Shown: positions 48,670 to 59,952 of the stretch, piece by piece
Layout: each line of letters begins with the position of its first letter
Numbering within the stretch: position 1 is the first letter of the stretch
Assembly (NCBI GenBank): GCA_027492035.1
Contig: JAOZFT010000004.1
Span: 320,001-384,000 of the forward strand
Direction of reading: 5' to 3'
Source of the DNA: Thermoproteota archaeon
GTDB lineage: Archaea; Korarchaeota; JAOZGF01; JAOZFZ01
DNA: 64,000 bases
Position numbers and translations under genes: made by a program
Notes under the pieces: generated by a model
Databases searched by the model: none
Told to the model about the DNA's origin: nothing
The model's input: only the letters and a program-made list of their open reading frames with translations

Positions 48670-50052
48670 TTGCCTTTGAATAAAGGTGATCTTTTGATAA
48701 AGAAACTCAAGCTTTTACATGTTTCCTTTTTCTTTTTAATGCCTCTCTGTCTAGTTCTTTTTATGGCTTCATCAATGGAACCTATCTATTCCCAAGCATC
48801 TCCGCAAAACATTGTACTGATTAAATTCACTTCTGGAAATAGTTATAAAGGAACACTTTACTATTATACAGAGAAACCTGAATCTCTCACTAAGCCTTTT
48901 TGGGAGCGGGTTTTAGAGTATCATTACTTGCATGCAAATGAAACATTAAATGGGGTGTTTCTGAAACTGGTAAACGTAACAGAAATAACAATTGTTTATT
49001 CACCTACCCCTCACGTAATAGTTTCATGGATTGCTTCAAACGGTTTAAATGTAACCCCTTCTGTTATTAAATGGAAACTAGGAACAAAAATACCTAGCTT
49101 AATGTCACTGCTCTCTTTAACTGAAGTATATCTTCCCCAAGAATACATACCTCTTAAACTGAATTTTTCCGCTGAAACCCAACCTGTGTTGTCTGAAAAC
49201 AATACTTACCTTGTTAAGCTAAGTTGGGAAAAGGGGGTGCCGTTCACTCCTACAGCAAAGGCTTGTTTCGAGTTTATCAAAAGCTTAATTCTTCCTTCAT
49301 TAAATGTCACAGCTTCCCAGAAAGAATTTCTCCTTCACTTCTCTTTCTTCAAATTATTTAAATGCGAAAAACAGGTCCTTCTACATTTAACATTAACCAG
49401 TTTCGCACCCTCCTACAAAGTATATTCCACAACTCTTTATTTGCCATGTGATACAGGTCAACCTTCTAAATGGGTTGTGAAAACATTTCCTGTAAAGGAA
49501 CTTAACTTAAGCTTAGAACTTAACTACACCTGGGGTGGTGAAAAATACCACATAACTAAGAAATTTTTTCAAAGGGTTAAAGTAAACCTTCCACCTTACC
49601 TCACAGCTACTTTGACACCTAGCGTGATAAATGCTGAATCCCATTCGACAGTCTCTCTTATACTTAAAATTAAAAATGAAGGTTTAAGCGAAGCCAAATC
49701 AATTGATTTACAGCCTGTTCTACCTTCAGAAATAACTATTACCTACGGTACATCCCCTAAAACTAATTTGGGAGTTAATGAATCATCAACAGTTCCAATT
49801 AACTTACATCTTCCAGGTGAAGGAGTGTACAGTTTCTCAGTGAACGTAACTTACTTGGATAATATGAACAATCAATACTCTGTTGAATCTAACCAAGTAG
49901 TTTTGAATGTAACGTCTAGGTCTTTCATAAAATCCTTGCTAAACATGTTTTCAACCCTAAAAACTCTATTAGTTTTGCTTCTTTTGTTAATTGCAGCTAT
50001 AATAGGTATTTACTTTTACAAAAAAGTGAAGGGGAAGCCTAAGCTGGGTTGA
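48670..50052 (+). CDS. Membrane-anchored surface protein with C-terminal Ig-like domain
   Basis: Signal/TM, LKIKNEGLSEA, C-terminal TM and basic tail. Confidence 0.75.
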   Translation: MPLNKGDLLIKKLKLLHVSFFFLMPLCLVLFMASSMEPIYSQASPQNIVLIKFTSGNSYKGTLYYYTEKPESLTKPFWERVLEYHYLHANETLNGVFLKLVNVTEITIVYSPTPHVIVSWIASNGLNVTPSVIKWKLGTKIPSLMSLLSLTEVYLPQEYIPLKLNFSAETQPVLSENNTYLVKLSWEKGVPFTPTAKACFEFIKSLILPSLNVTASQKEFLLHFSFFKLFKCEKQVLLHLTLTSFAPSYKVYSTTLYLPCDTGQPSKWVVKTFPVKELNLSLELNYTWGGEKYHITKKFFQRVKVNLPPYLTATLTPSVINAESHSTVSLILKIKNEGLSEAKSIDLQPVLPSEITITYGTSPKTNLGVNESSTVPINLHLPGEGVYSFSVNVTYLDNMNNQYSVESNQVVLNVTSRSFIKSLLNMFSTLKTLLVLLLLLIAAIIGIYFYKKVKGKPKLG

Positions 50053-50070
50053 AAACAGAGGAGTCCCTAA

Positions 50071-51837
50071 TTGATCAGAGTTGCTGTCCTTCACAGAGAA
50101 CTTTGCAAACCTGAGAAATGTGGTAGAGAGTGCATAAAATATTGTCCAGATGTAAGAATAGGCAAGAAAACCATTGAATTCACAGACAAATATCCAGTAA
50201 TCTCTGAAATTTTATGTTCAGGATGCGGTATATGTGTAAAAAAATGTCCATTCTCAGCTATTTCAATAGTTAACTTACCTGATGAACTAGAAACTCAATG
50301 TGTTCACTGCTTCGGTGAAAACATGTTTAAGCTTTACCGTTTACCAGTAATAAAGAAAGGTGCAGTTACTGGGTTAGTGGGTCAAAACGCTACAGGTAAA
50401 ACTACAGCCTTAAAAATTCTTTCAGGCAAAATTAAACCTAATCTATGTGATTTAGAAAAGGGGGCAAGTAATGAAGACATAATCAACTTTTTCAGAGGAA
50501 GTGAACTGCAAAGTTATTTCCAAAAACTTTACAGAGAAGGCAAAGTTTCCCTTAAGCCACAATATATTTCGGATATCCCGAAAACGTTCAAAGGAACTGT
50601 TTTGGAACTGCTTAAAAAATTCAATGAAAGAAAATGCTTAGATAAAGTGGTGGAAGAATTTGAACTAGGAGAAGTCTTGGATAGGAAAATAAGTGTTTTA
50701 AGCGGTGGAGAGCTTCAGAAAGTAGCTATAGCAGTCTCTTTTTTGAGGAACGTTGATATTTACTTGTTTGATGAACCAAGTAGTTACCTAGATGTGAAAG
50801 AAAGGTTTAATGCAGCTAAAAAAATAAAGAAACTGGCGGGTGAAAACAAAAGCGTAGTTGTTGTGGAACACGACCTTTCAATCCTCGATTACCTAAGCGA
50901 TTACATTTGTATATTTTACGGTAAACCAAACGTTTACGGAATAGTTTCTAATGTACATTCATCACGCACTGGTTTAAACATTTACTTGCACGGTTTTATT
51001 CCTGACGAAAACATAAGATTTAGAAGAGAGAAAGTAATCTTCTCTAAGAAAAGCTGGAAAGTTGAAGAAACTGGAAAGAAAGTGCTTGTTGAATACACGA
51101 ACTTAAAGAAAAAACTAGGTTCTTTTGGACTTAAAGTGAACAATGGAAGTTTTTTTGAGGGGGAAGTAATAGGGGTTATGGGTAGAAACGCTACTGGTAA
51201 AACAACTTTCTTGAAAATACTTGCAGGCTTAATTAAGCAAGATGAGGGGGAAGTAAAAGGGAACATAAAGGTAAGCTATAAACCTCAATACTTAAAGGCT
51301 GAAAGTGAAGATACTGTTCAAGTCTTCCTTAAGGAAACGTTAGGGAGGGAATTTAGATCTAAAACTTTCCATGACCAAGCAATTATCCCTTTAAACCTGG
51401 AGAAACTGTTTGACTTTAAATTATCTGAGTTAAGCGGTGGAGAGCTTCAGAAAGTAGCTGTTGTCGCGGCTTTATTTAGAGAAGTAGATGTTGTGCTTTT
51501 AGATGAGCCAAGTGCTTACCTTGATTCAGAAATCCGTTTAAAGTTAGCGAAAACAGTTAGAAAAATTATTGAAAACAGCCGTAAAGCAGCAGTGGTGATT
51601 GACCATGACATCCTGTTCCTTGACTCAATTAGCGACCGATTAATTGTCTTTTCAGGTATACCTGCCAGGCGAGGAGTTGCTTCTTCGCCTCTGCCTTTAG
51701 AAGAAGGAATGAATAAATTTCTTGCCTCCCTTGAAATAACTTTTCGGAGAGATTTGGATACTAACAGGCCTAGAATAAACAAACCAGGGAGTAAACTGGA
51801 CAGGTTGCAAAAGAAGCAAGGTAGGTATTACTACTAA
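50071..51837 (+). CDS. rli: Ribosome recycling ATPase ABCE1/RLI
   Basis: N-terminal Fe-S cysteines, two NBDs with LSGGELQ, RPRINK. Confidence 0.97.
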   Translation: MIRVAVLHRELCKPEKCGRECIKYCPDVRIGKKTIEFTDKYPVISEILCSGCGICVKKCPFSAISIVNLPDELETQCVHCFGENMFKLYRLPVIKKGAVTGLVGQNATGKTTALKILSGKIKPNLCDLEKGASNEDIINFFRGSELQSYFQKLYREGKVSLKPQYISDIPKTFKGTVLELLKKFNERKCLDKVVEEFELGEVLDRKISVLSGGELQKVAIAVSFLRNVDIYLFDEPSSYLDVKERFNAAKKIKKLAGENKSVVVVEHDLSILDYLSDYICIFYGKPNVYGIVSNVHSSRTGLNIYLHGFIPDENIRFRREKVIFSKKSWKVEETGKKVLVEYTNLKKKLGSFGLKVNNGSFFEGEVIGVMGRNATGKTTFLKILAGLIKQDEGEVKGNIKVSYKPQYLKAESEDTVQVFLKETLGREFRSKTFHDQAIIPLNLEKLFDFKLSELSGGELQKVAVVAALFREVDVVLLDEPSAYLDSEIRLKLAKTVRKIIENSRKAAVVIDHDILFLDSISDRLIVFSGIPARRGVASSPLPLEEGMNKFLASLEITFRRDLDTNRPRINKPGSKLDRLQKKQGRYYY

Positions 51838-51978
51838 ACCGGAAAATTTTTTAAGGAAAAAGGGGGGACTCTCAAAAAAGGGGAACCTTTTAAGGAAAAA
51901 AGAAACCTTATTTCCAGCTAAAATTTTGGAAAGAGAGAAAAGATTTTATTGTTTTCATAAAGCCAATAAAAACGAAGG

Positions 51979-52170
51979 TTGAAAAAGATGAGTAAATGGA
52001 TCCTTTTAATGATTGGGTTAATAATCTTAGGGTCTGCATTTACCTCCTACTTTTTACTCTTATTCACTGAAGACATAGCTAAACAAATATTCTATTTCGG
52101 GTTGTTTATAATAGGTTTAGTGGTGGGGTTAGGTTTTTCGATATATGCTTTACACAAGGAAGAGTACTGA
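51979..52170 (+). CDS. Small two-TM protein
   Basis: Two hydrophobic helices, fills the intergenic gap. Confidence 0.6.
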   Translation: MKKMSKWILLMIGLIILGSAFTSYFLLLFTEDIAKQIFYFGLFIIGLVVGLGFSIYALHKEEY

Positions 52171-52196
52171 AGGTTTCTTCTTGAAGCCACTGCCCT

Positions 52197-52967
52197 TTAA
52201 AAAACCTTAATCAAACTATGTAAAGTAACTATTTCCTCTATTTTTAAGAAAGCAGCGGAATAAATCATTACCGCCAACGCTATACCCATCCCTATGGAGA
52301 ATAAGTAATCCAATTTGCTAAATTTTAATTTCTTTGAATATGTTCTTTTGTTACTGGCGCCGAAAGCTCTTGATTCAAGGGATTCTGCCAACTCTAAACT
52401 TCTTTGAACAGCGTTTACAATTAAAGGTATAAGGATAGGGATGTAGTTTTTTATTCTTTTAAGAAAACCCCCTTTATCAAGTTCAAGTCCCCTTGACCTC
52501 TGTGCATCAATTATTTCTTGAGCTTCTAAAGCAATTGTTGGAATAAATCTGGAGGCGGTTTCTAAAGCGAATGATAAACTGTACGGTAACTTGAAATAGT
52601 TAAAAATTAGCCCTAAATCTTCAGGAGGTGTTGAAGCAAAGAAAATAGAGGAAGAAACCATAAGAACCAAAAAACGTAAACCCATACCCAGTGACACATC
52701 AACGTCGCTGTAATAAAAATAATTTATTACAACAATTAAGGATGTGAAAATTAAGCTTCCTTTAACCATATCCTTAATTTTCTCTTTAAATCCAGAAATT
52801 AAACCTATCAAAACTAGGGAAGTGAAAAGGATAATTTGAATGATCATTCGGTTAAAGAGAAGCGTGGAAACCCAAAAGAAAGTAAGAAAAATAATTTTTG
52901 TGCGTGGGTCAAGTTTTGAAAATGTTTTAGTTTCTGGTTCGAAAAGGAAGGCTTTAACAAATGACAT
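52197..52967 (-). CDS. ecfT: ECF transporter T component
   Basis: LDPRTK, RFIPT, AQRSRG, LESRAF. Confidence 0.93.
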   Translation of the reverse strand: MSFVKAFLFEPETKTFSKLDPRTKIIFLTFFWVSTLLFNRMIIQIILFTSLVLIGLISGFKEKIKDMVKGSLIFTSLIVVINYFYYSDVDVSLGMGLRFLVLMVSSSIFFASTPPEDLGLIFNYFKLPYSLSFALETASRFIPTIALEAQEIIDAQRSRGLELDKGGFLKRIKNYIPILIPLIVNAVQRSLELAESLESRAFGASNKRTYSKKLKFSKLDYLFSIGMGIALAVMIYSAAFLKIEEIVTLHSLIKVF

Positions 52968-52976
52968 CTCCCCTCC

Positions 52977-53798
52977 TTACCCCCTGACTCCATTTATGAA
53001 TTTGCGGCCCAAATCTTCCACATTATTTACCCAAACAGGCCTCCCAAATACTTTAGTGGATATTTCAATTAGTTGAGGGAAAAGTAAAGATGCCTTGTTA
53101 AGTATTTCCTCTTGACAAAGAATATCTTCTCTGTTCCCTTCAGCTATTTTTATTCCGTTATGTAGCACCACTACTCTGCATGGGATATCCATTAAAAAAT
53201 CTAAATCGTGAGTAACTATCAAAACAGTTTTTCCCTCATTTTTCAGCCTCTTAATTAAATCAACTAATTTAAGGCGTTGTAAGTAATCTTGCCCTATTGT
53301 TGGTTCATCAAGAACCAAAATTTTTGGGTCCATAGCAACTACAGAGGCTATAGTTAACTTTTTCTTCTCTCCCCCACTTAAACTGTGAGGCGAAGTTGTT
53401 CTATAAACTTCTAGTTCGAATTCTTTCAAGATTCTGTCTACTACCTCATTTCTAGCTCTTTCATCTAGTCCCAAGTTTTCTAATCCGAAATTTATCTCTT
53501 TTTCGACTGTTTCAGCAAAAATTTGATGATCAGGGTTTTGGAAAACTAGTCCGACGATTTTGGAGAGTTCAGCTACAGAATGTTTCTCCGTATCTTTTCC
53601 ATATATGAACACTTTCCCTTTTGTCGGCTTTAAAAGCCCATTTAAATGTTTAATAAGCGTGGTTTTTCCAGCCCCATTAGAACCTATTATTGCTAATATT
53701 TCCCCCTCTTCAACCTCTAAATTTAACCCTTTAATTACTTCCCCTCCAAAAGAATATTTAAAATGTAAATTTATGACTTGGATAACTTTTCCCGGCAT
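52977..53798 (-). CDS. ecfA2: ECF transporter ATPase
   Basis: GSNGAGKTT, VFQNPDHQ, LSGGEKK, LDEPT. Confidence 0.92.
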   Translation of the reverse strand: MPGKVIQVINLHFKYSFGGEVIKGLNLEVEEGEILAIIGSNGAGKTTLIKHLNGLLKPTKGKVFIYGKDTEKHSVAELSKIVGLVFQNPDHQIFAETVEKEINFGLENLGLDERARNEVVDRILKEFELEVYRTTSPHSLSGGEKKKLTIASVVAMDPKILVLDEPTIGQDYLQRLKLVDLIKRLKNEGKTVLIVTHDLDFLMDIPCRVVVLHNGIKIAEGNREDILCQEEILNKASLLFPQLIEISTKVFGRPVWVNNVEDLGRKFINGVRG

Positions 53799-54636
53799 CG
53801 TTGCTTCCTCTTAACAACTTAAAAGTTTCTTCTGCAGTAAGGGGTACAGTTGAGATGGGTTTCCAATTTAACGTTAGAAACTTATAAAGTTTCACGGGGA
53901 AGGGAACGAAAACACCAACCTCCTCTATTATTTCCTTCAGAAAAACTTCCCTCGGTGAGCCTTCAGAAATTTTTTCTCCCTTACTCATTACAACAACCCT
54001 GTTTGCATACCTTGCAGCGTAATATGTCCTATGCTCCACTAAAATAATTGTTTTTCCCTTCTCTTTATTGATAATATGAAGCAAATCAATTATTTTTCTT
54101 GCGTTGAATGGGTCTAGATTTGCTGTTGGTTCATCTAAAACTAGAATGTCCGGGTTCATTGCTAAAATAGCTGCTATTATAACTTTCTGTTTTTCTCCTC
54201 CTGAAAGTGCGTAGGGGGGTTTATCTTTGATCTTTTCAAGGTTGAACTCTTTTATGGTTTCCCTAACAATTCCCCTTATTTCTTCCTCGGCAAGTCCTAG
54301 GTTTTCAAGTCCAAAAGATATTTCCCTTTCCACATTGAGTGTTATGAATTGATTGTCAGGATTTTGGAAAACTAAACCCACTTTTTGAGCTAGTTCAGAT
54401 GTTTTTACGTCTTTTGTGTTTACCCCTTCCACGTAAACGTCTCCTGTCATGTCTCCTTCGTAAAAATGGGGGATTAATCCATTCATCGTCCTTAGCAACG
54501 TTGTTTTCCCGCATCCAGTTGGTCCAATTATTAAAACAAAATCTCCTCTTTTTACTTTCAAATCTATGTTTTTTAAACTGGGCTTCTTGCTGCCTTTATA
54601 TTTGAAAGTAACATTTCTTACTTCAATTTGTTCCAT
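53758..54636 (-). CDS. ecfA1: ECF transporter ATPase
   Basis: GPTGCGKTT, VFQNPDNQ, LSGGEKQ, LDEPTANLD. Confidence 0.92.
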   Translation of the reverse strand: MEQIEVRNVTFKYKGSKKPSLKNIDLKVKRGDFVLIIGPTGCGKTTLLRTMNGLIPHFYEGDMTGDVYVEGVNTKDVKTSELAQKVGLVFQNPDNQFITLNVEREISFGLENLGLAEEEIRGIVRETIKEFNLEKIKDKPPYALSGGEKQKVIIAAILAMNPDILVLDEPTANLDPFNARKIIDLLHIINKEKGKTIILVEHRTYYAARYANRVVVMSKGEKISEGSPREVFLKEIIEEVGVFVPFPVKLYKFLTLNWKPISTVPLTAEETFKLLRGSNDAGKSYPSHKFTF

Positions 54637-54667
54637 TTCCTTCCACAGACTTGTCTTTTTTCAGTTC

Positions 54668-55054
54668 TTAAACAGGTTGAGGAGTTCTCATTCTCCTTTG
54701 CTCAGCCATTATTCTTTCTTCTAACTGTTTTATTCGTGTCTGTAATTTTTTTATTACTGACTCGTTTTCTTTGTGTCGGATTTTTAAGGCATGTATGCGG
54801 TCTTTTAACTCGTTTATAGTTTCCTCCTTCCCTTTCTTAACCATTATGTTTCCCACCACCTTATACACTGAACCTCCCTCTTCTAAGTTTTCGGTTTCCT
54901 CTATTGCGTTTTCAGTTTCCTTTATTTCCCTTTCAAGTTGAATCTTTGAAATTAACGCGTTTTCAAGTAGGTTCCTATTTTTCTCCAATTCGATAATTAA
55001 CTCCCTTAAAACCTGTGAAGCACTACCTTTATTTACTTGGTTAGGAATTGGCAT
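54668..55054 (-). CDS. pfdB: Prefoldin beta
   Basis: VYKVVGNIMV between coiled coils. Confidence 0.92.
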   Translation of the reverse strand: MPIPNQVNKGSASQVLRELIIELEKNRNLLENALISKIQLEREIKETENAIEETENLEEGGSVYKVVGNIMVKKGKEETINELKDRIHALKIRHKENESVIKKLQTRIKQLEERIMAEQRRMRTPQPV

Positions 55055-55325
55055 TTAATTCATCCTCTATAACTTCCAAACAACTGTAAACAGTGTATAT
55101 GTACCTTAAAAAGGATAATGTGAAAGTTTGAAGCGAAACTAAATCCTTGGCTTCTACTCTCAAGAAAAATTTATTTTTCCTCTTCATTAATTTCACTTGA
55201 GCTCTTTTTGACCTATCAATATCTCCCTCTACGTTTAAAACTTCAAAAATGAGGGATATAATTTCCTCTTTATCAACGACTTCTATTTCACTGAAAAAAT
55301 TAGGTTTCATTTTTTCTTTTTCCAT
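55041..55325 (-). CDS. pcc1: KEOPS subunit Pcc1
   Basis: LRVEAKDLVSLQ...SFLRYI; conserved position. Confidence 0.8.
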   Translation of the reverse strand: MEKEKMKPNFFSEIEVVDKEEIISLIFEVLNVEGDIDRSKRAQVKLMKRKNKFFLRVEAKDLVSLQTFTLSFLRYIYTVYSCLEVIEDELNANS

Positions 55326-55885
55326 TGAAGAATACCTTTAATTTTTATCCTAGGCCCTATCTCCTTTAAGGTTTCACTATCGTGAAAACTAATTCTAACC
55401 TCTGCATCCTTTTTCACTAATAAACATGACGTTCTAAAATCTAAATTTTTCAGTTCAGTTAATGACTCAATTACTTTGTAGGGTATATTAAAAGCTGTTG
55501 AAATAAGATTTAACTCCTCAAATAAACCCTGTTTTTTAAAGGAAAAAAGTAAAAAAGATTCAATCTCTTCTTTATCAATTTGAATTCTTCTACTAACAGG
55601 GATTTCCCTGTAAAGCTGAACTCCCTTCACTAAAATGGTGAAGGGTAAATAAGACAATTCTCCATTGCATAGTTTTAAGAAGTTTATTTTGCCAGGGTTC
55701 CCTTTGTACTTGCTTATAACCATTACACGCGATAAACCATATTTATAACTTAATTCAGTTAAGTCCTTAATTCCCTTTTTTCCTCTTGAAACCCTCACTG
55801 AAAAAGGGATTGCTTTGTTCAGGTCTTTGGTGAAGGAGCGAATTCTTCTAGTGGGGTAACGGGAAGTAGTAATTATGCAAACCAT
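55307..55885 (-). CDS. Brix/Imp4-domain ribosome biogenesis protein
   Basis: ITTSRYPTRRIRSFTKDL, RGKK, GNPGKI, IGPRI. Confidence 0.9.
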   Translation of the reverse strand: MVCIITTSRYPTRRIRSFTKDLNKAIPFSVRVSRGKKGIKDLTELSYKYGLSRVMVISKYKGNPGKINFLKLCNGELSYLPFTILVKGVQLYREIPVSRRIQIDKEEIESFLLFSFKKQGLFEELNLISTAFNIPYKVIESLTELKNLDFRTSCLLVKKDAEVRISFHDSETLKEIGPRIKIKGILQWKKKK

Positions 55886-55934
55886 GATCAGCTTTCTCTC
55901 GACAACACTTCCCTAAAGGAGAAAGAAAAATTCT

Positions 55935-56159
55935 CTATACTTCAGGGTTATAAGCTTCACCTGCAAAGGTGAAGTTGCATTTAGGGCATTTCCATATTCC
56001 TAAGGAGACTTTCTTCATTTTTGTTTTTTTTCCACAATTTGGGCACTCATATTTCTTTGTTTTGTACCTTAAAACCACTTCTCCATATTTTCTCCTCAGT
56101 TTAAACCCGTATCTTGGTCCAAAAGATTTTGTTATCCTTGAGCTTGATTTCTTTTTCAC
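55935..56159 (-). CDS. rpl37ae: Ribosomal protein L37Ae
   Basis: FGPRYG, CPNCG, GIWKCPKC, FAGEAY. Confidence 0.95.
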   Translation of the reverse strand: MKKKSSSRITKSFGPRYGFKLRRKYGEVVLRYKTKKYECPNCGKKTKMKKVSLGIWKCPKCNFTFAGEAYNPEV

Positions 56160-56968
56160 TATTCATCCCCTCCCTTGGTAATTTCCAGTATTTCCTCCCT
56201 AATTTTTTTAGATTTCTTTTCAGCTAATGAAATTGCTTCCTCTATTTCTCGTTCCGTGAATAAGCCCATTACTTTCTGGATAGCGCAGATGTTGCCTTCC
56301 TCCTCAAAGGTTATGCAAATCTTTGCGTCTAATACGTTTTCTTCCTCTAAATTCGGGTCGATCAGCAGTTTATCTCCTATTTTACCTACTGTAACAGGGA
56401 TAGGGACTCTTTCAATGGGTAGGGGAGCCCATTCGTCAATTACTTCTATTTTCTCTTCATTAATTACTGCTTTAGGCATCTTCGCAGTTAAAAGAGCAGT
56501 GATTGCACCATAAGCTGATGCATCGATTAGGTTTCCGTCATGATCCAAAACATGGATATCTATAAAAACTATCCACACCGTTTCCCCTTCTTTCACCACT
56601 AACTTGCTTAGATTGATCGCTTCTGATTCCCTTATTCCCCTATCAACGAATCTAGCTAATTCTACTGAGTTTTCATCCGGTGGCCCTGGCTCAAATTCGG
56701 GAGAAGCTAAAGGAACAAGTTCAGCATTGGTTATTAAAACCCCTTTGTCCGGAGTATCTTTGAAAGGTTCCCCTAAATCTAGTTTCACACCTACAAGTAC
56801 TTTCGTTTTTCCAAGCTGAACCATTGCTGACCCTTCGGCCTTTGAAATAAAATTAGGGGTTATTTCGAGGTTTCTGTACTGATTCAATTTTCTCCCATCT
56901 ATTCTTTTGTTTTTCTCTGCTAAATTTCTAATATATACCTTTTGCAAGGTGGCAGCTATTCCTGACAT
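56159..56968 (-). CDS. rrp42: Exosome subunit Rrp42
   Basis: RIDGR, AEGSA, FEPGPPDE, DGNLIDA. Confidence 0.96.
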   Translation of the reverse strand: MSGIAATLQKVYIRNLAEKNKRIDGRKLNQYRNLEITPNFISKAEGSAMVQLGKTKVLVGVKLDLGEPFKDTPDKGVLITNAELVPLASPEFEPGPPDENSVELARFVDRGIRESEAINLSKLVVKEGETVWIVFIDIHVLDHDGNLIDASAYGAITALLTAKMPKAVINEEKIEVIDEWAPLPIERVPIPVTVGKIGDKLLIDPNLEEENVLDAKICITFEEEGNICAIQKVMGLFTEREIEEAISLAEKKSKKIREEILEITKGGDE

Positions 56969-56998
56969 TTTCTTTTAACACCTTTCTTTTCCTTTAAA

Positions 56999-57739
56999 TT
57001 AAATTTTATATCTTTCCAGCAGCGCCCTTTTCTGCATTTCGTAAATCTGTTGACAAGCTTCTATTGCCTTGCCTAAAGCTAGTCTCAGCTCTTGGGGAGT
57101 CATTTTTCCATCCATTTGGATAAGTGTTATTTCTTTTCTTCTAGGCATTATTGCTATAGGCAAATCAGCTTCTCCGTACATGTCTTCAGCTGAGTCCAGG
57201 TCTAAAACAATTTTGCCGTCTATTTTGCCAGCTGCTACAGCTGTTACCAGATCTTTCATAGGTAACCCTGAATCTGCTAATGCTAACGAGGCAGCAGTTA
57301 TTGACGCTACCCTAGTTCCACCCTCTGACTCCAAAACCTCTATAAATACATCTATTACTGTTTTCGGGAATTTCTCAAGCAGTAAAGCAGGTACTAAAGC
57401 TTCTCTTATAACCTTTGAAAGCTCTATTGACCTTCTATCTGGGCCTGGCTTCTTCCTTTCAGATGTTGAGAAGGCAGCCATGTTGTATCTGCATCTTAAC
57501 CTAGCTTGGGTTGGAATAGCCATGTGTTTAGGATGTATCTCCCTAGGCCCGTAAACAGCTACTATTATTTTATTTTTTCCCCATTCAATAAATGCTGATC
57601 CATCCGCGTTTTCTAATATCCCTACTTTCATTTTTATTGGCCGTAATTCAAATAAATCTCGGCCGCTTAGTCTTTTACCATCGTCTCTAAATAATTTTTC
57701 AGGTTTCTTCTCCAGCATATAGCTCATTTCTTCATTCAC
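56999..57739 (-). CDS. rrp41: Exosome subunit Rrp41
   Basis: [25 protein letters not shown]. Confidence 0.96.
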   Translation of the reverse strand: MNEEMSYMLEKKPEKLFRDDGKRLSGRDLFELRPIKMKVGILENADGSAFIEWGKNKIIVAVYGPREIHPKHMAIPTQARLRCRYNMAAFSTSERKKPGPDRRSIELSKVIREALVPALLLEKFPKTVIDVFIEVLESEGGTRVASITAASLALADSGLPMKDLVTAVAAGKIDGKIVLDLDSAEDMYGEADLPIAIMPRRKEITLIQMDGKMTPQELRLALGKAIEACQQIYEMQKRALLERYKI

Positions 57740-58443
57740 TTCATTTTCTCTTCTAAAAATGTATTTATTCTGTCAGTTAATCCTTTAATGTGGCTCTCCC
57801 TTTCAATCTTTTTCAAAGCCTCATAAACAATTAATTCTTTATTTGCGTCATTACAATTAACTAGAATAAATCCGTTCTTTCCAACAGTTACTTCACAATT
57901 GGTTTTCTTCATTATTAAACTTATCATTGACCCTTTTCTCCCAATCACTCTGGGAATTTTGGTTGGGTTTATAACTACAAGTCTGCCCCCTCTTTTCTTT
58001 CCTAAACCTGCACCTAAGGTTGTTAAGATAGGGTTTATTCCGTACTTAAAAATTTCAACTTTAGCAGCTATCAAATCTCCCACTTTGAACATTTTCTCTG
58101 TAATTATTTTTTCTGACTCGTTTCTTGTGGAGGTGGTTTTTGAAAATGGTAGAAGTGCTGTGTAGGGAGAATTAATGTCAACTACCCACGTCATAGGCAT
58201 TATATCCTTTATCACCCCTAAAACAACATCTCCTTCTTTAGGAAGATATTTCCCTTTTAAAGGTACAATCTCTACCTTATTATTTTCCACGTTTAAAAGC
58301 CCTATTCTTTCTGCGTAAATCTCCCCGTTTTCAATAAATAAGTTTTCATCTATTCTCCTTGCTTTCTGATTAATCTTCTGTCCAGGTATTACTATAACTC
58401 TGCTCTCTAACTCTATATTTTCTTTTAAAGTTTTTCTACTCAT
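57736..58443 (-). CDS. rrp4: Exosome subunit Rrp4
   Basis: [12 protein letters not shown]1; [13 protein letters not shown]. Confidence 0.95.
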   Translation of the reverse strand: MSRKTLKENIELESRVIVIPGQKINQKARRIDENLFIENGEIYAERIGLLNVENNKVEIVPLKGKYLPKEGDVVLGVIKDIMPMTWVVDINSPYTALLPFSKTTSTRNESEKIITEKMFKVGDLIAAKVEIFKYGINPILTTLGAGLGKKRGGRLVVINPTKIPRVIGRKGSMISLIMKKTNCEVTVGKNGFILVNCNDANKELIVYEALKKIERESHIKGLTDRINTFLEEKMK

Positions 58444-59150
58444 TTCTCACTCACTTTAACAGATCCTAACGTTCTTTTACTTATTTCAGCTATGAACTCC
58501 CCTTTCAAGGCTGTGTTAATCTGTATCTCAACCAGTAATGAACCGTCATTTAACCATTTTTCTGAAATTATTTCTGTTGAATTTTTCAGGTAGCCGTAAC
58601 TTTTCCCTACATACTTTGCAGGGATTGACAATACCAAATTCTTTTTTTCAGTTTTTAAAGGAATAACCCTTTTTAATTGTGAAACAATTTGTTTAACTTG
58701 CTCCTCAGGTTGTTTAAACGGGTCTATTCTAACCTTCGCTTCCTTTAAAGCTAATTCCACCCTTAAAGGTGGGTGGGGTCTACCAGTGCGTGGATCAACA
58801 TAGCTCCGAGAAATTATGTCAATTATTCGTCTTCTTTTACCTTCAATCATTTCCTTTCTTTGTTTTTCAGTTAACTGTATGTTTCCTTCCTTTAGTATCT
58901 TGTCAGCTATTTCTTCAAAGTTCGATGTTCCAAAAAATTCTTTTAAGTCCGATTCGGGTGGCTTTTCCCCTTTTCTGGCATCTGAAAAAACTTCCCTATA
59001 CCTCACAACTGATGTAATATCTTTTATTTTCCCATTTTTGTAGGCGTAAGCCTTAACTGGATCAATTATTATCTCGAATTTTTTCCCTTCCCTTTGCAAT
59101 CTAGCTAAAGATATTTCGCTTCTTTTCATTTTTAATAAACATCTCTTCAT
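58440..59150 (-). CDS. SBDS ribosome maturation factor (start may be 59129)
   Basis: [24 protein letters not shown]. Confidence 0.95.
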   Translation of the reverse strand: MKRCLLKMKRSEISLARLQREGKKFEIIIDPVKAYAYKNGKIKDITSVVRYREVFSDARKGEKPPESDLKEFFGTSNFEEIADKILKEGNIQLTEKQRKEMIEGKRRRIIDIISRSYVDPRTGRPHPPLRVELALKEAKVRIDPFKQPEEQVKQIVSQLKRVIPLKTEKKNLVLSIPAKYVGKSYGYLKNSTEIISEKWLNDGSLLVEIQINTALKGEFIAEISKRTLGSVKVSEK

Positions 59151-59158
59151 GAACCTTT

Positions 59159-59932
59159 CTAATGTTTTGTTTCTCTTTCTTCTATTCTTTTCAGTAACGA
59201 AGCTAATTCTTTTATTTTTTTCTTTTCAGCATAGGTTAATATTTCTTCCACTTCACTCAAGGATAACTTAACAAATCTTTTACTTCTTTTGCTCACAATT
59301 CCCATTTCAATAGCTTCAGGTTGCAGCTCTTCTTTTTTATCAGTTTTTAGACATCGGACCCCAAGCTCTACTGCTTCAGGTAGAGACATGTTCCCTTTAT
59401 ATGTTTTCTCCAAGTAATCACGTATCGAATCACTTCTTTCACCAACTGCTACAGCTTTATAACCATAAAAGGCGCCGCTTGGGTGGGTAATATAAAGCTC
59501 TAACTTATTATCTATTCCTCCTATTATTAACATTACACCGAAAGGCCTAACTCCTCCTGTTTGAGTGTATAACTGAATATAGTCACATAATCTTTTAGTG
59601 AGTAATAAGGTACTAATCGGTTCACCAAAAGTTAACTTGTTGGATTGTGCTTCTTCCCTGGCTCTAGTAATTAGTGCTCTTGCATCACCATAAAGTCCGC
59701 ACATCACTGCACCGATATGGTCATCTATCACAAATATTTTTTCTATGCTTTCAGGCTCCATTAACTTATCTATTTGCTTTTCAGCCAATAACACGATCCC
59801 TTCTGGAGTTTTTATCCCAATTGCAGAGGGAGCTCTTTTAACAGCTTTTTCTGCATAATCAACTTGGTACAGTTTTCCCTCCGGACTGAAAATGGTTATT
59901 GCTCTATCATAACCTGTTTGAGCTGGGAACAT
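59159..59932 (-). CDS. psmA: Proteasome alpha subunit
   Basis: [28 protein letters not shown]. Confidence 0.97.
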   Translation of the reverse strand: MFPAQTGYDRAITIFSPEGKLYQVDYAEKAVKRAPSAIGIKTPEGIVLLAEKQIDKLMEPESIEKIFVIDDHIGAVMCGLYGDARALITRAREEAQSNKLTFGEPISTLLLTKRLCDYIQLYTQTGGVRPFGVMLIIGGIDNKLELYITHPSGAFYGYKAVAVGERSDSIRDYLEKTYKGNMSLPEAVELGVRCLKTDKKEELQPEAIEMGIVSKRSKRFVKLSLSEVEEILTYAEKKKIKELASLLKRIEERETKH

Positions 59933-59952
59933 GGTACATTACCTCCTTTCCT

